Part shown: positions 53,141 through 62,245 of the stretch, one piece after another
How the letters are laid out: each line of letters begins with the position of its first letter
How positions within the stretch are numbered: the stretch's first letter is position 1
Assembly (NCBI GenBank): GCA_028874795.1
Contig: JAPPHT010000008.1
Location: 77,968-141,967, forward strand
Source of the DNA: Chloroflexota bacterium
GTDB taxonomy: Bacteria > Chloroflexota > Dehalococcoidia > Lucifugimonadales > Australimonadaceae
Direction of reading: 5' to 3'
DNA: 64,000 nucleotides
Position numbers and translations under genes: made by a program
The notes under the pieces: generated by a model
What the model saw: the letters and a program-made list of their open reading frames with translations, nothing else
Told to the model about the DNA's origin: nothing
The model's database searches: none

Positions 53141-56100
53141 ATGGTGTCCGACAATACCAACCATCTCCCGTTCCGTTGCCTATCCATAGATCTTGAAGTT
53201 CTGAAGGACAGCAGCCGTATCCGCGCTTTCGCTGGAGTTCGGCCCGACACTGACACATCGTTCACCTACACAGGAGCCCGTGGCGCTTTGGCAACGGCCC
53301 TGGCTAGGTTGGATGGCCTTGCTGAGGGGGCGGATTTCCTGCTGGGTCACAACCTGATCGCGTTCGACCTGCCCCATTTGCAAGCAGTGAAACCGGACCT
53401 CAGGCTATTGCAACTCCCTGCAGTGGACACGCTCAAGCTGAATCCTCTGGCCTTCCCTCGCAACCCCTATCACCACTTGGTGAAGCATTACCAGGATGGG
53501 CAACTCAAACGCGGGCACGTCAACGACCCGGAACTCGATGCAAGGCTTGCACTGGATGTCTTCAATGACCAGCAAAATGCTCTGCTCAACGCGCCGTCCG
53601 AATTGCTGACGGCTTGGCACTGGCTGACCACGCTGGACGCGGGCGCCGGATTCGACCGAGTCTTTACGTCCTTGCGCGGGATGCCGAGACCGTCCGATGC
53701 CGAAGCGTACGACGCGGTGCGCACGACGCTGGTCGACAAGTCCTGCCTCGTCCATCTCCGCGAGGTGTTGGAAGACGCGGCACGCCACGGCTGGGCATTG
53801 GCCTACGTGCTGGCGTGGCTTTCGGTCTCTGGAGACAAGCCCCCTTCAGTCATGCCACCCTGGGTACGGCACCAGTTCCCAGAAGCAGGACGATTGGTGC
53901 GCCTGCTGCGCGACACCCGTTGCGGCGATGACGCCTGCGAATGGTGCAGGAAGCGCCACGACGCCCGCGAGGAGTTGGACCGCTGGTTCGGGTTCAGCGG
54001 GTTCCGTCCGGAGCCTGCGGACGAATACGGGAAGCCGCTGCAGCAGTCCATCGTCGAGTCAGCGATGAAAGGGGAGCACCTGCTGGGAATCCTCCCGACC
54101 GGGACCGGCAAATCGGTCTGCTACCAGCTGCCTGCCCTCTCACGGTACGACAAGACCGGCGCGCTGACGGTGGTGGTCTCGCCGCTGGTCGCGCTCATGG
54201 CTGACCAGGTGACCGGCCTGGAGAAGCAGGGAATCGACTCCTGTGTCACCATCAACGGTCTTCTGTCCATGCCTGAGCGGGCCGACGCTCTGGAACGAGT
54301 GCGATTGGGAGACGCCGGAATCCTCATCGTCGCGCCAGAGCAGCTGCGAAGTGTCTCGGTGCGTCGCGTTCTTGCACAGCGCGAGATCGGCACGTGGGTG
54401 CTGGACGAGGCTCACTGCCTCTCCAAATGGGGACACGACTTTCGTACCGACTACCACTACGTTGGACGGTTCATCCGCGAAAGGGCAGAAGCGGCCAACG
54501 AACGGATTCCTCCTATCCTGTGCCTGACCGCGACCGCGAAGCCTGACGTGGTAGTGGAGATAGTGGACTACTTTCAGCATGAACTCGCCGTCGAGTTAAG
54601 GGTGTTCGACGGCGGCACTCAGCGCACCAATCTCGATTTTGTCGTGGTGGAGACGAGCACCGGAGCGAAACTGGAAGACATCTATCAGGTCATACAGCAC
54701 GGCCTATCCGGTTACGATCAGGGCGGAGCCATCGTCTATCGCGCAACGCGGCGGGGCGCTGAAGAGGTCGCAGGTTTCCTGAGGGAAAAGGGAATGGAGG
54801 CGGAATACTTCCATGCAGGACTGCCGCCAGACACCAAGAAGAACGTCCAGGAGAGTTTCATCAACGGTGACCTGCGCGTGATCGCCTCGACCAACGCCTT
54901 CGGCATGGGCATCGACAAGCCAGACGTGCGCTTGGTGGTCCACGCCGACATTCCCGGTTCGCTGGAGAACTATCTGCAAGAGGCAGGTCGTGCGGGACGG
55001 GATCAGCAGTTTGCGCGCTGCGTGCTGCTCTACACGCCAGAGGACGTGGAACGCCAGTTCGGGATGTCGGCCCGCTCGCGGCTCACGCGCCGGGAGATTC
55101 ACGGCGTCCTGAAGGCGCTGCGGAACATGGACAGCAAGAAGCGCCTGAGTGGCGAAGTGGTGGCCACGGCGGGCGAGGTCCTCCGTGAGGACGACGACCA
55201 CGAGTTCGAACGGGATTCAGCGACTGACGACACTCGGGTGCGCACGGCAGTAGCGTGGCTGGAATCGGCGGACCTCCTGACGAGGGAGGAAAACCGGGTC
55301 CAGGTGTTCCCGTCTTCCCTACGCGTGAGTTCCGTGCGCGAAGCAAAGGCCAGGTTCGAGAAAATACACATCACGGATGCGTACCGTCGCCAACTGCTGG
55401 CCATCACCGAGACGCTGCTTGATGCAGACCCGGACGAGGGCATCTCCACCGACGAACTGATGACCACATCAGGGCTCACCCCAGAAGGAGTCCGAAAAGC
55501 ACTCCACGACCTTGAGCAGTTGAGCATCGCCAGCAACGATACGGCATTGACTGCCTTCGTCCACGCAGGCGTGCAGCGAAGCTCGCGAGTTCGTTTTGAG
55601 GAAGCGGAGGCGATCGAGCGCGCTCTGATAGACCACCTGCGCGAGGCCGCCCCTGACATGCAAAGCGGCGATACGCATCCCCTGCACCTCCGCCATGCGG
55701 CCCAGCGGCTCAAGGACGATGGCCTCCTGACAGCCCTGCCGGAACGTTTGCGGCGCATCCTCCGCAGCATCGCAGCCGACGGGCGCGGCGAGGGTGGCGG
55801 GAGAGGAAGCCTCGGCCTAAGAGGCGTGAGTCGCGATGCTATCCAAGTGACGCTGCAACGTGAGTGGGGAGCCCTACAGAAGACCGCCGAACTGCGCCGC
55901 GCAGCCGCGCGGCGTCTGCTGGATCATCTGCTTGGCCGCCTGCCCGCCGGAAACCGCGGTACGGACTTGTTGGCCGAAACAACCCTAGGCAAACTGCTGG
56001 CGACGATCAAATCCGACGTGATACTGCGGAGTGAAGCCAGAGAGCCGGAGAAACTGATGGACCGTGCACTGCTCTGGCTGCACGAGCAGGAAGTCATTCG

Positions 56101-58258
56101 GTTGAACAAGGGCCTTGCTGTCTTCCGTCCAGCCATGACCATTCGCCTGAAAGCAGCGGAAAAGCGCGGCTTCGCCCGTACGGATTTCGAACCCCTTCAA
56201 CTTCACTACGACGAACAAACACGCCAGATCCACGTGATGGCGGAGTACGCGCAGCGGGGCCTTGGGGCTATGGCCGACGCCCTCCGTATGACGATGGACT
56301 ACTTCAGCATGAGCGGACAAGAGTTTCTTCGTCGCTGGCTGCCAAACAGGGATGGAGAACTCTTCCGCCAGACCACGCCGGAGTCGTGGCAGGCCATCGT
56401 GGAGAGCCTGAACAACTCCGTTCAACGCCGCATCGTGACGGACGACCGGGAACAGGCCAACGTTCTGGTGCTCGCCGGTCCCGGCTCTGGCAAGACACGG
56501 GTATTGGTGCACCGTATCGCCTACCTCGTGCGGGTGCGGCGCGAGGACCCGCGGGGCATCCTGGCGCTCGCGTACAACAGGCACGCCGCCGCCGATATCC
56601 GCCGCCGCCTTGCTGACCTCATCGGCGACGATGCAAAGGGAGTGCTCGTGCTCACCTGCCACGCGCTCGCCATGCGGTTGCTCGGCGCAAGCTTCACGGG
56701 CAGGCGCGTGGACGATCTGAACGACGACAGATTCAAAGAGATACTCCATGAAGCGGCGTCCCTGCTGCGCGGAGAAGGGCTGCCGCCAGAGGAAGTGGAC
56801 GAGCACCGGACACGCCTACTGGCGGGGTTCCGCTGGATACTGGTCGACGAGTACCAAGACATCGGCCCCGACGAGTATGCGCTGATCTCGGCGCTGGCGG
56901 GCAGAACGCTTTCCGACCAAGACGACAAACTCAGCCTCTTTGCCGTGGGAGACGATGACCAGAACATCTACACCTTCAGGGGTTCTTCCGTGCGTTTCAT
57001 CCGGCAGTTCGAGGAGGACTACCTAGCGAAACCCGCCTTCCTGACTGACAACTACCGCTCGACCCGCCACATCATCGCGGCGGCCAACGCGGTGATCGAG
57101 CCGGCGCGGCAGCGCATGAAGACAGACCATCCCATCCACGTCAACCGATCGCGCGAGAGGGAACGCCCGGGAGGTGCATCAGCCGGACGCGACCCGATCG
57201 CGCAAGGCCGCGTCCAGATACTCCGGGTTAGTGACACGAACGCTGCCGCACAGGCCCAGGCTGTAATGGCAGAACTACAACGGTTGGCCAGCCTCACCCC
57301 CGACTGGGACTGGTCGTCCTGCGCCGTGATTGCACGTGAGTGGAGTTATCTGAACCCGGTGCGCGCCCTGTGCGAACTTGAGGGAATCCCCGTACAGGCT
57401 GCGAATGAGGACTCTCTGAGCATCTGGCGGCTCCGTGAGACCCAGGCGCTCGTGAGTTGGCTGCGCACACGCGACTCGAGCTTGATTGGGAGCACGGAAC
57501 TGAACGACTGGCTGGCCGGACACCCCCCAAGCCCCTGGAATGAATTGCTGGGCGAAGCCTTGGAAGAGTACGAGATGGAGACCGAGGGCTCGGAAACGCC
57601 GGTGAACCACTTCATCGAGTGGCTGGCTGAGTGGTCGCAGGAAGCGCGTCCCCGGCAGCGCGGTCTGCTGCTAAGCACCGCCCACCGCGCGAAGGGGTTG
57701 GAGTTCGACCACGTAGGGATACTGGACGGCGGCTGGCGCGCCGGAGGGGACGAGGACGCCGACTCAGAGCGCCGCCTCTATTACGTGGCCATGACTCGCG
57801 CCCGCCAAACGCTCACTCTCGCGCGCTTCCCGGGGCCACACCTCTTCCAAGACGTCTTGCGGGACAACCACGCTGCACTATTCCGCGAGCCCCTGTTGGC
57901 GCCTCCACCCGCAGCGCCGGAACTCCACCGCGTCTACCGACGCCTCAGTCTCCGGGACGTTTTCCTCAGCTTCGCCGGGTACAAGCACCCGAACGACACC
58001 GTCCATCGCGCCATAGCCTCGCTTGCGCCGGGCGACTCGCTGCAGTTGAAACGCTGGGGGCTTGTGGACTGCAACGGAATGGTTGTGGGGCGGCTTGCCA
58101 ACGACTTTAGCGTGCCCCAAGGTATGCGGTGCGTCTCTGCAACTGTCCTTGCAGTTGCGACGTGGAACCGCAACCTCTCGGCGCCGGAGTATCAGGACAA
58201 GCTGCTCTGCGACGCCTGGGAAGTCGTTGTGCCCGAGTTGGTGTTCGAGCCTGAATAA
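53141..58258 (+). CDS. 1,705-aa multidomain protein: DEDDh 3'-5' exonuclease, RecQ-type SF2 helicase, unassigned region of about 450 aa, UvrD-type SF1 helicase, unassigned C-terminal domain of about 140 aa
   Basis: A single uninterrupted ORF.
- Exonuclease motifs SIDLEV, GHNLIAFD, HVNDPELDA (aa 12-145).
- RecQ motifs FGFSGFRP..Q, PTGTGKS, DEAHCLSKWGHDFR, LTATA, NAFGMGIDKPDVRLVVH, QEAGRAGRD (aa 283-640).
- UvrD motifs AGPGSGKT, VDEYQD, GDDDQNIYTFRG, YRST, STAHRAKGLEFD, YYVAMTRAR (aa 1096-1562). Confidence 0.85.
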   Translation: MVSDNTNHLPFRCLSIDLEVLKDSSRIRAFAGVRPDTDTSFTYTGARGALATALARLDGLAEGADFLLGHNLIAFDLPHLQAVKPDLRLLQLPAVDTLKLNPLAFPRNPYHHLVKHYQDGQLKRGHVNDPELDARLALDVFNDQQNALLNAPSELLTAWHWLTTLDAGAGFDRVFTSLRGMPRPSDAEAYDAVRTTLVDKSCLVHLREVLEDAARHGWALAYVLAWLSVSGDKPPSVMPPWVRHQFPEAGRLVRLLRDTRCGDDACEWCRKRHDAREELDRWFGFSGFRPEPADEYGKPLQQSIVESAMKGEHLLGILPTGTGKSVCYQLPALSRYDKTGALTVVVSPLVALMADQVTGLEKQGIDSCVTINGLLSMPERADALERVRLGDAGILIVAPEQLRSVSVRRVLAQREIGTWVLDEAHCLSKWGHDFRTDYHYVGRFIRERAEAANERIPPILCLTATAKPDVVVEIVDYFQHELAVELRVFDGGTQRTNLDFVVVETSTGAKLEDIYQVIQHGLSGYDQGGAIVYRATRRGAEEVAGFLREKGMEAEYFHAGLPPDTKKNVQESFINGDLRVIASTNAFGMGIDKPDVRLVVHADIPGSLENYLQEAGRAGRDQQFARCVLLYTPEDVERQFGMSARSRLTRREIHGVLKALRNMDSKKRLSGEVVATAGEVLREDDDHEFERDSATDDTRVRTAVAWLESADLLTREENRVQVFPSSLRVSSVREAKARFEKIHITDAYRRQLLAITETLLDADPDEGISTDELMTTSGLTPEGVRKALHDLEQLSIASNDTALTAFVHAGVQRSSRVRFEEAEAIERALIDHLREAAPDMQSGDTHPLHLRHAAQRLKDDGLLTALPERLRRILRSIAADGRGEGGGRGSLGLRGVSRDAIQVTLQREWGALQKTAELRRAAARRLLDHLLGRLPAGNRGTDLLAETTLGKLLATIKSDVILRSEAREPEKLMDRALLWLHEQEVIRLNKGLAVFRPAMTIRLKAAEKRGFARTDFEPLQLHYDEQTRQIHVMAEYAQRGLGAMADALRMTMDYFSMSGQEFLRRWLPNRDGELFRQTTPESWQAIVESLNNSVQRRIVTDDREQANVLVLAGPGSGKTRVLVHRIAYLVRVRREDPRGILALAYNRHAAADIRRRLADLIGDDAKGVLVLTCHALAMRLLGASFTGRRVDDLNDDRFKEILHEAASLLRGEGLPPEEVDEHRTRLLAGFRWILVDEYQDIGPDEYALISALAGRTLSDQDDKLSLFAVGDDDQNIYTFRGSSVRFIRQFEEDYLAKPAFLTDNYRSTRHIIAAANAVIEPARQRMKTDHPIHVNRSRERERPGGASAGRDPIAQGRVQILRVSDTNAAAQAQAVMAELQRLASLTPDWDWSSCAVIAREWSYLNPVRALCELEGIPVQAANEDSLSIWRLRETQALVSWLRTRDSSLIGSTELNDWLAGHPPSPWNELLGEALEEYEMETEGSETPVNHFIEWLAEWSQEARPRQRGLLLSTAHRAKGLEFDHVGILDGGWRAGGDEDADSERRLYYVAMTRARQTLTLARFPGPHLFQDVLRDNHAALFREPLLAPPPAAPELHRVYRRLSLRDVFLSFAGYKHPNDTVHRAIASLAPGDSLQLKRWGLVDCNGMVVGRLANDFSVPQGMRCVSATVLAVATWNRNLSAPEYQDKLLCDAWEVVVPELVFEPE

Positions 58259-58262
58259 GCCC

Positions 58263-58797
58263 CCCCACCTTGTGACACGCGCCCCTTTCGCGGTCGCGCC
58301 CTGGCCGCGTACGCTGGTTGCATGACCGTCGCGCTGACAGCACCCATAGACCGCGTCTATGGCTCGGGGCCTCAGCTATCGACGGGGTCTATGGCTCCGG
58401 CGCCAAACTTATTTTTCGAGGGAATCTTGGTTTCTTGGTCGCGGAAAGCAGGCCGTGGCCTTGCGCAGAGCAACGCAAGGTGCTCAAGATGCTCAAATGG
58501 AGCACTCGGTTTACTCCTAGCGTCGGTAGCAAGATGCGCAGTTTCCGAGGGTGGTTGCACACCTTGTTCAGGGGGCCGTCTCCCGAGAGATTCCTCGACT
58601 CCGCTGCGCTTCGCTCGGAATGACAAGAAGGATGCGAGGTTCCTGCCTTCGCAGGAACGACGGGGCATGGGGCACTGGATTCCCGTGAAAACGGGAATGA
58701 CGGAGATTGCTTTGACGCGGGTGAGGGCGGGTGCTATACCCCGTCCACGGACGCAAGGAGTGCGCCTGCCCTGCGGGCCGGCGGGTGAGGGTGAACG
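58263..58797. repeat. Intergenic repeat cluster downstream of the giant helicase gene (family E, a unique lower-GC stretch, then families B, D, C and an A tail)
   Basis: Family E at 58263-58320, B (inverted) at 58582-58627, D (inverted) at 58634-58665, C (inverted) at 58675-58703, and ggcgggtgagggtgaacg at 58779-58797. Confidence 0.8.
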
Positions 58798-58810
58798 AAG
58801 GAGGCAGCCA

Positions 58811-59803
58811 ATGACAGTGATGGTGACCGGGGGATGCGGGCTTGGCGGGTCGTTCGCGGTCCGCTACGCGCTCGACCAGGGCGAGGACGTCGTCGCGTTC
58901 GACATCGCGATCAAGACCGAGCTGCTGGACGACGTGAAGGACCGCGTGCGGTTCGTGAAGGGCGACATCTCCAACGCGTCGGAGGTGTTCGGCGCGGTCG
59001 CGGACAACGGCGTGACGCGCATCCTGCACACGGCCAGCTTCCTCACCGGCCCGGCGTACGACCGGCCGCTCGCGGCGGCGCAGACGATGGTCATCGGCAC
59101 GCTGAACGTGCTCGAGGCGGCGCGCGCGCTGAAGGTGGAGCGCGTCGTCCACGTGAGCACCGGCAAGACGGTCCCCACCGCCCGGCAGTTCGCCGAAGCG
59201 TCGGGCACCGGCAACGTGAAGATCATGCCGGACCCGTACACCAGCCATAAGGTCGCCACGGAGCTGCTCTGCAACGACTACCGCGGGTTGTACGACATGG
59301 ACGTCGTCGTGATCTACCCCGGCCAGCTGTTCGGGCCGGGCTACGACTTCGCTGGCGGCTTCGGACGGGCGCTCAAGCCCATCGTCGAGAAGTCGCTGCG
59401 CGGCGAGCCGGTGGTGCTCGACGCATGGGACGCGGCCGCGGTGTCGACGCCCCGCGAGCTCAATCCCACGCCGCCCATCCGCACGGTGCCGGTGATGTAC
59501 GCCTCCGACGCGGGCCGCGGCGAGATGATGGCGACACTCGCCGGTGAGCTGCCCGCCAACGTCTACCGCCTCCAGTCCAAGGAAGAGCTGACGATGTACG
59601 AGATCACGCAGATCATCATGCGGCTCATCCCCGGCTCGTCGATCGAGGCGCCGGAGCCGGAGGTGCGCGGCAGGTCCATCGACCCCGACTCGCCCGCGAA
59701 CCGGGACTTCGGCTTCGCCCCCGAGTACGACATGGAAGCAGGGCTCCGCGAGTACATCGATTTCCTGCAGACTGGCAGGTACCGCCGGCTCCTGAACGCG
59801 TAG
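58811..59803 (+). CDS. NAD-dependent epimerase/dehydratase (extended SDR)
   Basis: MTVMVTGGCGLGGS Rossmann start and YxxxK (YTSHKVATE). GAAGGAGG lies 7 nt upstream of ATG 58811. The 163 upstream codons of the track ORF are repeat-derived. Confidence 0.8.
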   Translation: MTVMVTGGCGLGGSFAVRYALDQGEDVVAFDIAIKTELLDDVKDRVRFVKGDISNASEVFGAVADNGVTRILHTASFLTGPAYDRPLAAAQTMVIGTLNVLEAARALKVERVVHVSTGKTVPTARQFAEASGTGNVKIMPDPYTSHKVATELLCNDYRGLYDMDVVVIYPGQLFGPGYDFAGGFGRALKPIVEKSLRGEPVVLDAWDAAAVSTPRELNPTPPIRTVPVMYASDAGRGEMMATLAGELPANVYRLQSKEELTMYEITQIIMRLIPGSSIEAPEPEVRGRSIDPDSPANRDFGFAPEYDMEAGLREYIDFLQTGRYRRLLNA

Positions 59804-59821
59804 CGCGGGCCGGACAGCCAG

Positions 59822-61066
59822 ATGGACGAGCGGGGCACGGAGCAGACGCCGGGGCTGCTGAGCAAGGAGGCGCTGCCCGTCTTCTCGGCGTTCTTCCTGT
59901 GGGGCTTCGGGACGGGAGCGCTCTGGATGGCGCGTCCGCTGCTCGCGTTCGACCTGAGCGCCTCGGTCATCCTGGTCGGCCTCGCCTCCGCGTTCAGCGC
60001 CGCCCCGCGCATGATCGGGGGGCCGGTGGCGGGGACGGTGGCCGACCGGCTGGGACGCCGCCCCGTGGTCGTGGCGGGCGCGGTGCTGCACGGCGGCGCC
60101 GCCGCCATGCAGGCGTTCACGGACAGCTACGCGGTCTTCCTGGGGCTGGAACTCATCTCCGGCCTCGGCGTGGCGGTCTGGATGACGGGCTCAGCCGCCC
60201 TGCTGGCCGATTTCACGAGGGTGACCAACCGGGGCCGCGGGGTCGCCCTGCGGAACACGTCCATGCGGCTGGGGATACTCGCGGGCCCGGCGGCCGGAGG
60301 GATCATCGCGGCGGCGTTCGACATCCGCGCGGTCTTCATCTTCATCGCGGTGACCAAGGTCTTCATCGTGGCGGTCGCGCTGCTCCTGATCAGGGAGGTA
60401 CGGCAGGCCCCGACCCCCGCGCCCCGGACGACGGCGGAGGCGCCGCGAGGACGTTTCCGGCTGGACGTGTCCGTGTTCAGGACGCGCAACTTCGTCACGC
60501 TGAGCGTGGTGACGCTGGCGGTGGGGCTGGTCACGGCGGGGCCGGGGGCGTTCAGGACGTACTTCCCCGTGCACGCGGAGGACGTGGGGCTGACCTTCTC
60601 CGAGATCGGGGTCGCGATCAGCCTCTCGGGCGTGCTGGCGACGGCCGCGTCGATGCCGGCCGGCGGCCTGGTGGACTGGTGGGGGCGCAGGCCCATGCTG
60701 CTGGTCGGGCTCGTGGCGATGGCCGCGGGGATGTTCCTGGTCTCCGGCATGGACGCCCTGCTGATGGCGGTGGTGGTGGCGAGCGCGTTCAGCCTCGGCG
60801 AGGTGGTCGGGACGAATACGCTGCAGACCTACGCGATGGACCTGGCGCCGCGGGACAAGCGGGGATACTTCCTGGGGACGTGGCAGGCCACGATGGACTT
60901 CGGGCACCTTGCCGGGCCGCTCCTGGCAGGCGCGCTGGCGTCGCCGTTGGGGCTGCCCGCGGCGTTCGCGATAATCGGGGGCGTGCTGCTCCTGGCAGCG
61001 GCGTTCATGGTGGTGTCGAGGGCTGCTCCCGACCCCCGCGGAGCGGACGACGTGTCTGCCCCGTGA
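59822..61066 (+). CDS. MFS transporter
   Basis: 414 aa with about 12 hydrophobic helices and the MFS motif GTVADRLGRRP. Confidence 0.8.
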   Translation: MDERGTEQTPGLLSKEALPVFSAFFLWGFGTGALWMARPLLAFDLSASVILVGLASAFSAAPRMIGGPVAGTVADRLGRRPVVVAGAVLHGGAAAMQAFTDSYAVFLGLELISGLGVAVWMTGSAALLADFTRVTNRGRGVALRNTSMRLGILAGPAAGGIIAAAFDIRAVFIFIAVTKVFIVAVALLLIREVRQAPTPAPRTTAEAPRGRFRLDVSVFRTRNFVTLSVVTLAVGLVTAGPGAFRTYFPVHAEDVGLTFSEIGVAISLSGVLATAASMPAGGLVDWWGRRPMLLVGLVAMAAGMFLVSGMDALLMAVVVASAFSLGEVVGTNTLQTYAMDLAPRDKRGYFLGTWQATMDFGHLAGPLLAGALASPLGLPAAFAIIGGVLLLAAAFMVVSRAAPDPRGADDVSAP

Positions 61067-61100
61067 CGCCCTCAACCGCAACGCGATCGGCGCCGGTCGT

Positions 61101-62195
61101 CTATATCCCGAACAGCCTGCGGGGGTTGTGCAGCAGTATCTGCTCCTTGGTCACCTCGTCCAACCGTTCGTCGGCCCTGAAGACGGAGATGGCGTCGACG
61201 TCGCTGGACGGGTCGAGATGGCCGTAGTCCGTACCGATCACCAGGCAGCGCTCGCCCGCATAGCTGCGGACGTAGGGGAGGTCGTCGTCGGTCTGGCAGG
61301 TGACGTAGATATTCGCGTCGCCGAAGGGGTCGGAGGACATCTGCTTCCCGGCGACGCGCCAGCGGTTGACGATCTCGTGGTAGACCCACGGCACCCACGA
61401 GGCAGACGACTCGATGAACCCCCAGCGAAGGTCCGGGAACAGGTCCGGCACCTCACTGTTGAGCAGCGAGTGGCAGACCATCATCGTCGGGGCCCGGAAG
61501 AGAGCGAACGAGTTCGCGTTCTTGAAGATGGAGCCGAACAGCTGGCGGTACTGCGGGCTGGCGTTCGCGATATGCACCGCGATGGCCATGTCGAGGCGCT
61601 GCGCCTCTTCGAAGAACGGGTAGAAGTACGAGTTGATGAGGTACTTGTCGCCATCGAAGGGGCGAAGGCACACGGCCACGGCGCCGTTCTCCCTGGCGAA
61701 CCGCATCTGCAGGAACGCCTCATCCGGCAGCAGCGACGGCACGACGCACGACCACCGGAGGCGGCCCTCGCCCTGTTTCCAGATGTCCGCAAGCCACCTG
61801 TTCCAGCTGCGGCAGAGCGCCGCCTCCACGTCGGGGTCCGCGCTGACCTGCTCGATCCACAGCGTGTTGTGCAGCACCTGGACGTCGATCCCGAGGCGGT
61901 CCATCTCCGTCAGCCGGAGTTGGACGTCGTCGAGCTCCCGGGCTTCCCGCGGGGTGTCCATGCGGCGTCCCGACGCGTCCGACAGCTCCTGGACCTGCTG
62001 CTCGGACAACGTGGGGAAACGGAGCCCGCGGATGCGCTCTTCGATAACCCAGAACTCCCTCGTGGGATTGGAGGGCGACGAGAACAGGCTGGGCCGGTGG
62101 CGCTCTTCCGCAGGTTCGAGATAGTCCCAGGTCCGTTCCGTCTCGACGACATGTGCGTCGGCGTCGATGACCCGCAGTTTCGTCTCGGTGGTCAT
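61101..62195 (-). CDS. Amidohydrolase-2 (ACMSD-like metal-dependent hydrolase/decarboxylase) family protein
   Basis: 364 aa with the N-terminal VIDADAHV metal-binding motif and a TIM-barrel-length pattern ending GTDYGH.D. GAAGGAG upstream. Confidence 0.75.
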   Translation of the reverse strand: MTTETKLRVIDADAHVVETERTWDYLEPAEERHRPSLFSSPSNPTREFWVIEERIRGLRFPTLSEQQVQELSDASGRRMDTPREARELDDVQLRLTEMDRLGIDVQVLHNTLWIEQVSADPDVEAALCRSWNRWLADIWKQGEGRLRWSCVVPSLLPDEAFLQMRFARENGAVAVCLRPFDGDKYLINSYFYPFFEEAQRLDMAIAVHIANASPQYRQLFGSIFKNANSFALFRAPTMMVCHSLLNSEVPDLFPDLRWGFIESSASWVPWVYHEIVNRWRVAGKQMSSDPFGDANIYVTCQTDDDLPYVRSYAGERCLVIGTDYGHLDPSSDVDAISVFRADERLDEVTKEQILLHNPRRLFGI

Positions 62196-62245
62196 GAGAC
62201 GGCTCCTTCGTGTCGGCGCTCCGGCCGCCTCTGCTTGCGGCCGGG

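Noticed and set aside
58322-58810. The 163-codon N-terminal extension of the epimerase ORF
   Set aside because: It is composed of repeat families E, B, D and C translated in frame. A strong GAAGGAGG site precedes ATG 58811, which gives the canonical MTVMVTGGCG Rossmann start.
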